From Labilithrix sp. (lineage in GTDB: Bacteria > Myxococcota_A > Polyangia > Polyangiales > Polyangiaceae), in contig JAHBWE010000017.1 in NCBI GenBank assembly GCA_019637155.1, positions 64,001-128,000 on the forward strand: a stretch of 64,000 nucleotides of DNA, given 5' to 3'. Below are positions 63,465 through 64,000 of the stretch, piece after piece. The position numbers and the translations under genes are program-made. The notes below the pieces were generated by a model. That model saw only the letters and a list, made by a program, of their open reading frames with translations, did no database searches and had not been told where the DNA came from. The number at the start of each line of letters is the position of its first letter. The stretch's first letter is position 1.

Positions 63465-64000
63465 TGACGACGAAGGTCTGGTGATTGAGGGCGACGAGCT
63501 CGCCGGCCGGCGTGAAGAGCTCGCGCTGCTCGGGCTGGAAGCCCTCGTGATCGCAGACGGTGCGCGCGCGGTAGACGAGCGGCGTCGCCGGATCGAGCGC
63601 GCCGAGGTCGCCGACGATCTCCGCCGTGAAGCTCACCGTCGCGGTCGGGCGCGGCGCGGTCACGGTCGTGAAGAAGGCCGGCCAGTACGCGTCGAGGAGC
63701 GCGATGATCGCCGGCGCGTCCACCTTCGACGGCGCGACGCGCTCGCGGATGAAGCCCGTCACCGCGGGCTCCGCGCCGCCCGTGAACGGGAGCGCGCCCA
63801 CCACCTCGTAGTCGAAGTGCTTCGTGAACACCGGCTTGAGCGGCGCGTCGTGCGGGACGAGGAACGCGCCCTCGCGCGACGGGAGCTCGATCTTCGGCCG
63901 CAGCCCCGGCAAGCCGACCGGGCGCGGCGTGCTCAGGACCGCCCCCGCGAACGCGAGCACCTCGCCGCCCTGCCGGAGCTCCGCGCGGAGGTTCGTCTGG
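63457..64000 (-). CDS. acyl-CoA thioesterase (TesB-like), N-terminus beyond the window edge
   Basis: The frame is open to nt 64000 with no stop. The C-terminal part shows the hotdog-fold thioesterase II pattern (…LALDPATPLVYRARTVCDHEGF…LFTPAGELVALNHQTFVV). Confidence 0.55.
   Translation of the reverse strand, partial: QTNLRAELRQGGEVLAFAGAVLSTPRPVGLPGLRPKIELPSREGAFLVPHDAPLKPVFTKHFDYEVVGALPFTGGAEPAVTGFIRERVAPSKVDAPAIIALLDAYWPAFFTTVTAPRPTATVSFTAEIVGDLGALDPATPLVYRARTVCDHEGFQPEQRELFTPAGELVALNHQTFVVIK

Noticed and set aside
1-64000. tRNA or rRNA genes
   Set aside because: No stretch with cloverleaf-compatible conserved T-loop (GTTCGAATC-like) or rRNA-like low-GC conserved blocks was seen by eye. 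A tRNAscan or Infernal run would be needed to exclude them formally.

Overview
The window is very GC-rich (about 70-72% by eye) and reads like a myxobacterial (Polyangiales/Sorangium-like) chromosome segment. This rests on the many lipobox lipoproteins, eukaryote-like Ser/Thr kinases, ECF sigma factors, an InlB-B-repeat lipoprotein and the frequent ATGA/GTGA start-stop overlaps. Most six-frame ORFs are Arg/Ala-rich shadow frames. Real genes were picked by recognisable motifs.

The central feature is a tightly coupled minus-strand gene string at 3425..16748. Reading in the direction of transcription it runs: Tat-secreted PhoD phosphatase, then MoxR-type AAA+ ATPase, a large alpha-helical protein of the DUF5682/YehM type, a VWA protein, a SWIM zinc-finger protein, a WGR+DUF4132 (MolR/YehI-like) protein, an extensin-like-domain lipoprotein, and an ADP-ribosylglycohydrolase. 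The middle five genes are a myxobacterial version of the functionally uncharacterised E. coli yehI/yehL-M-P-Q type cluster. Each junction inside it is a 4-nt GTGA/ATGA overlap or a 9-nt gap.

Other modules:
- A CorE-like ECF sigma factor with a Cys-rich tail, followed by a thioredoxin-like metal-motif lipoprotein, an outer-membrane-protein-like gene and a CadD-family transporter.
- A PQQ sugar dehydrogenase with a separately encoded CxxCH cytochrome.
- An operon of a cNMP-binding protein, a Cys-rich lipoprotein and a YjbR-family protein with a histone-H1-like tail.
- A TerC-family gene, an ATP-grasp ligase and an MtfA-like peptidase gene.
- A GGT gene and a GH104 lysozyme-like lipoprotein.
- A Ser/Thr kinase followed by a MutS-domain-V paralog.
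- A STAND-type kinase of 1197 aa.
- An Hsp20 operon whose ribosome-binding site can be sequestered in a hairpin.
- An ECF41-like sigma factor, a stand-alone LigD polymerase-domain gene convergent with a bacterial PARG-like (DUF2263) gene, and NudC.

Non-coding highlights:
- A roughly 560-bp foldback/MITE-like element (24454..25016) with a second partial copy at 43207..43312.
- A 5 x ~105-bp tandem array of palindromic units (28046..28600).
- A repeat-rich intergenic block (42540..43320).
- Several pseudogene remnants: a phosphoesterase with an in-frame TGA and an internal deletion, a Uma2 endonuclease with two frameshifts, and a LysR C-terminal fragment.
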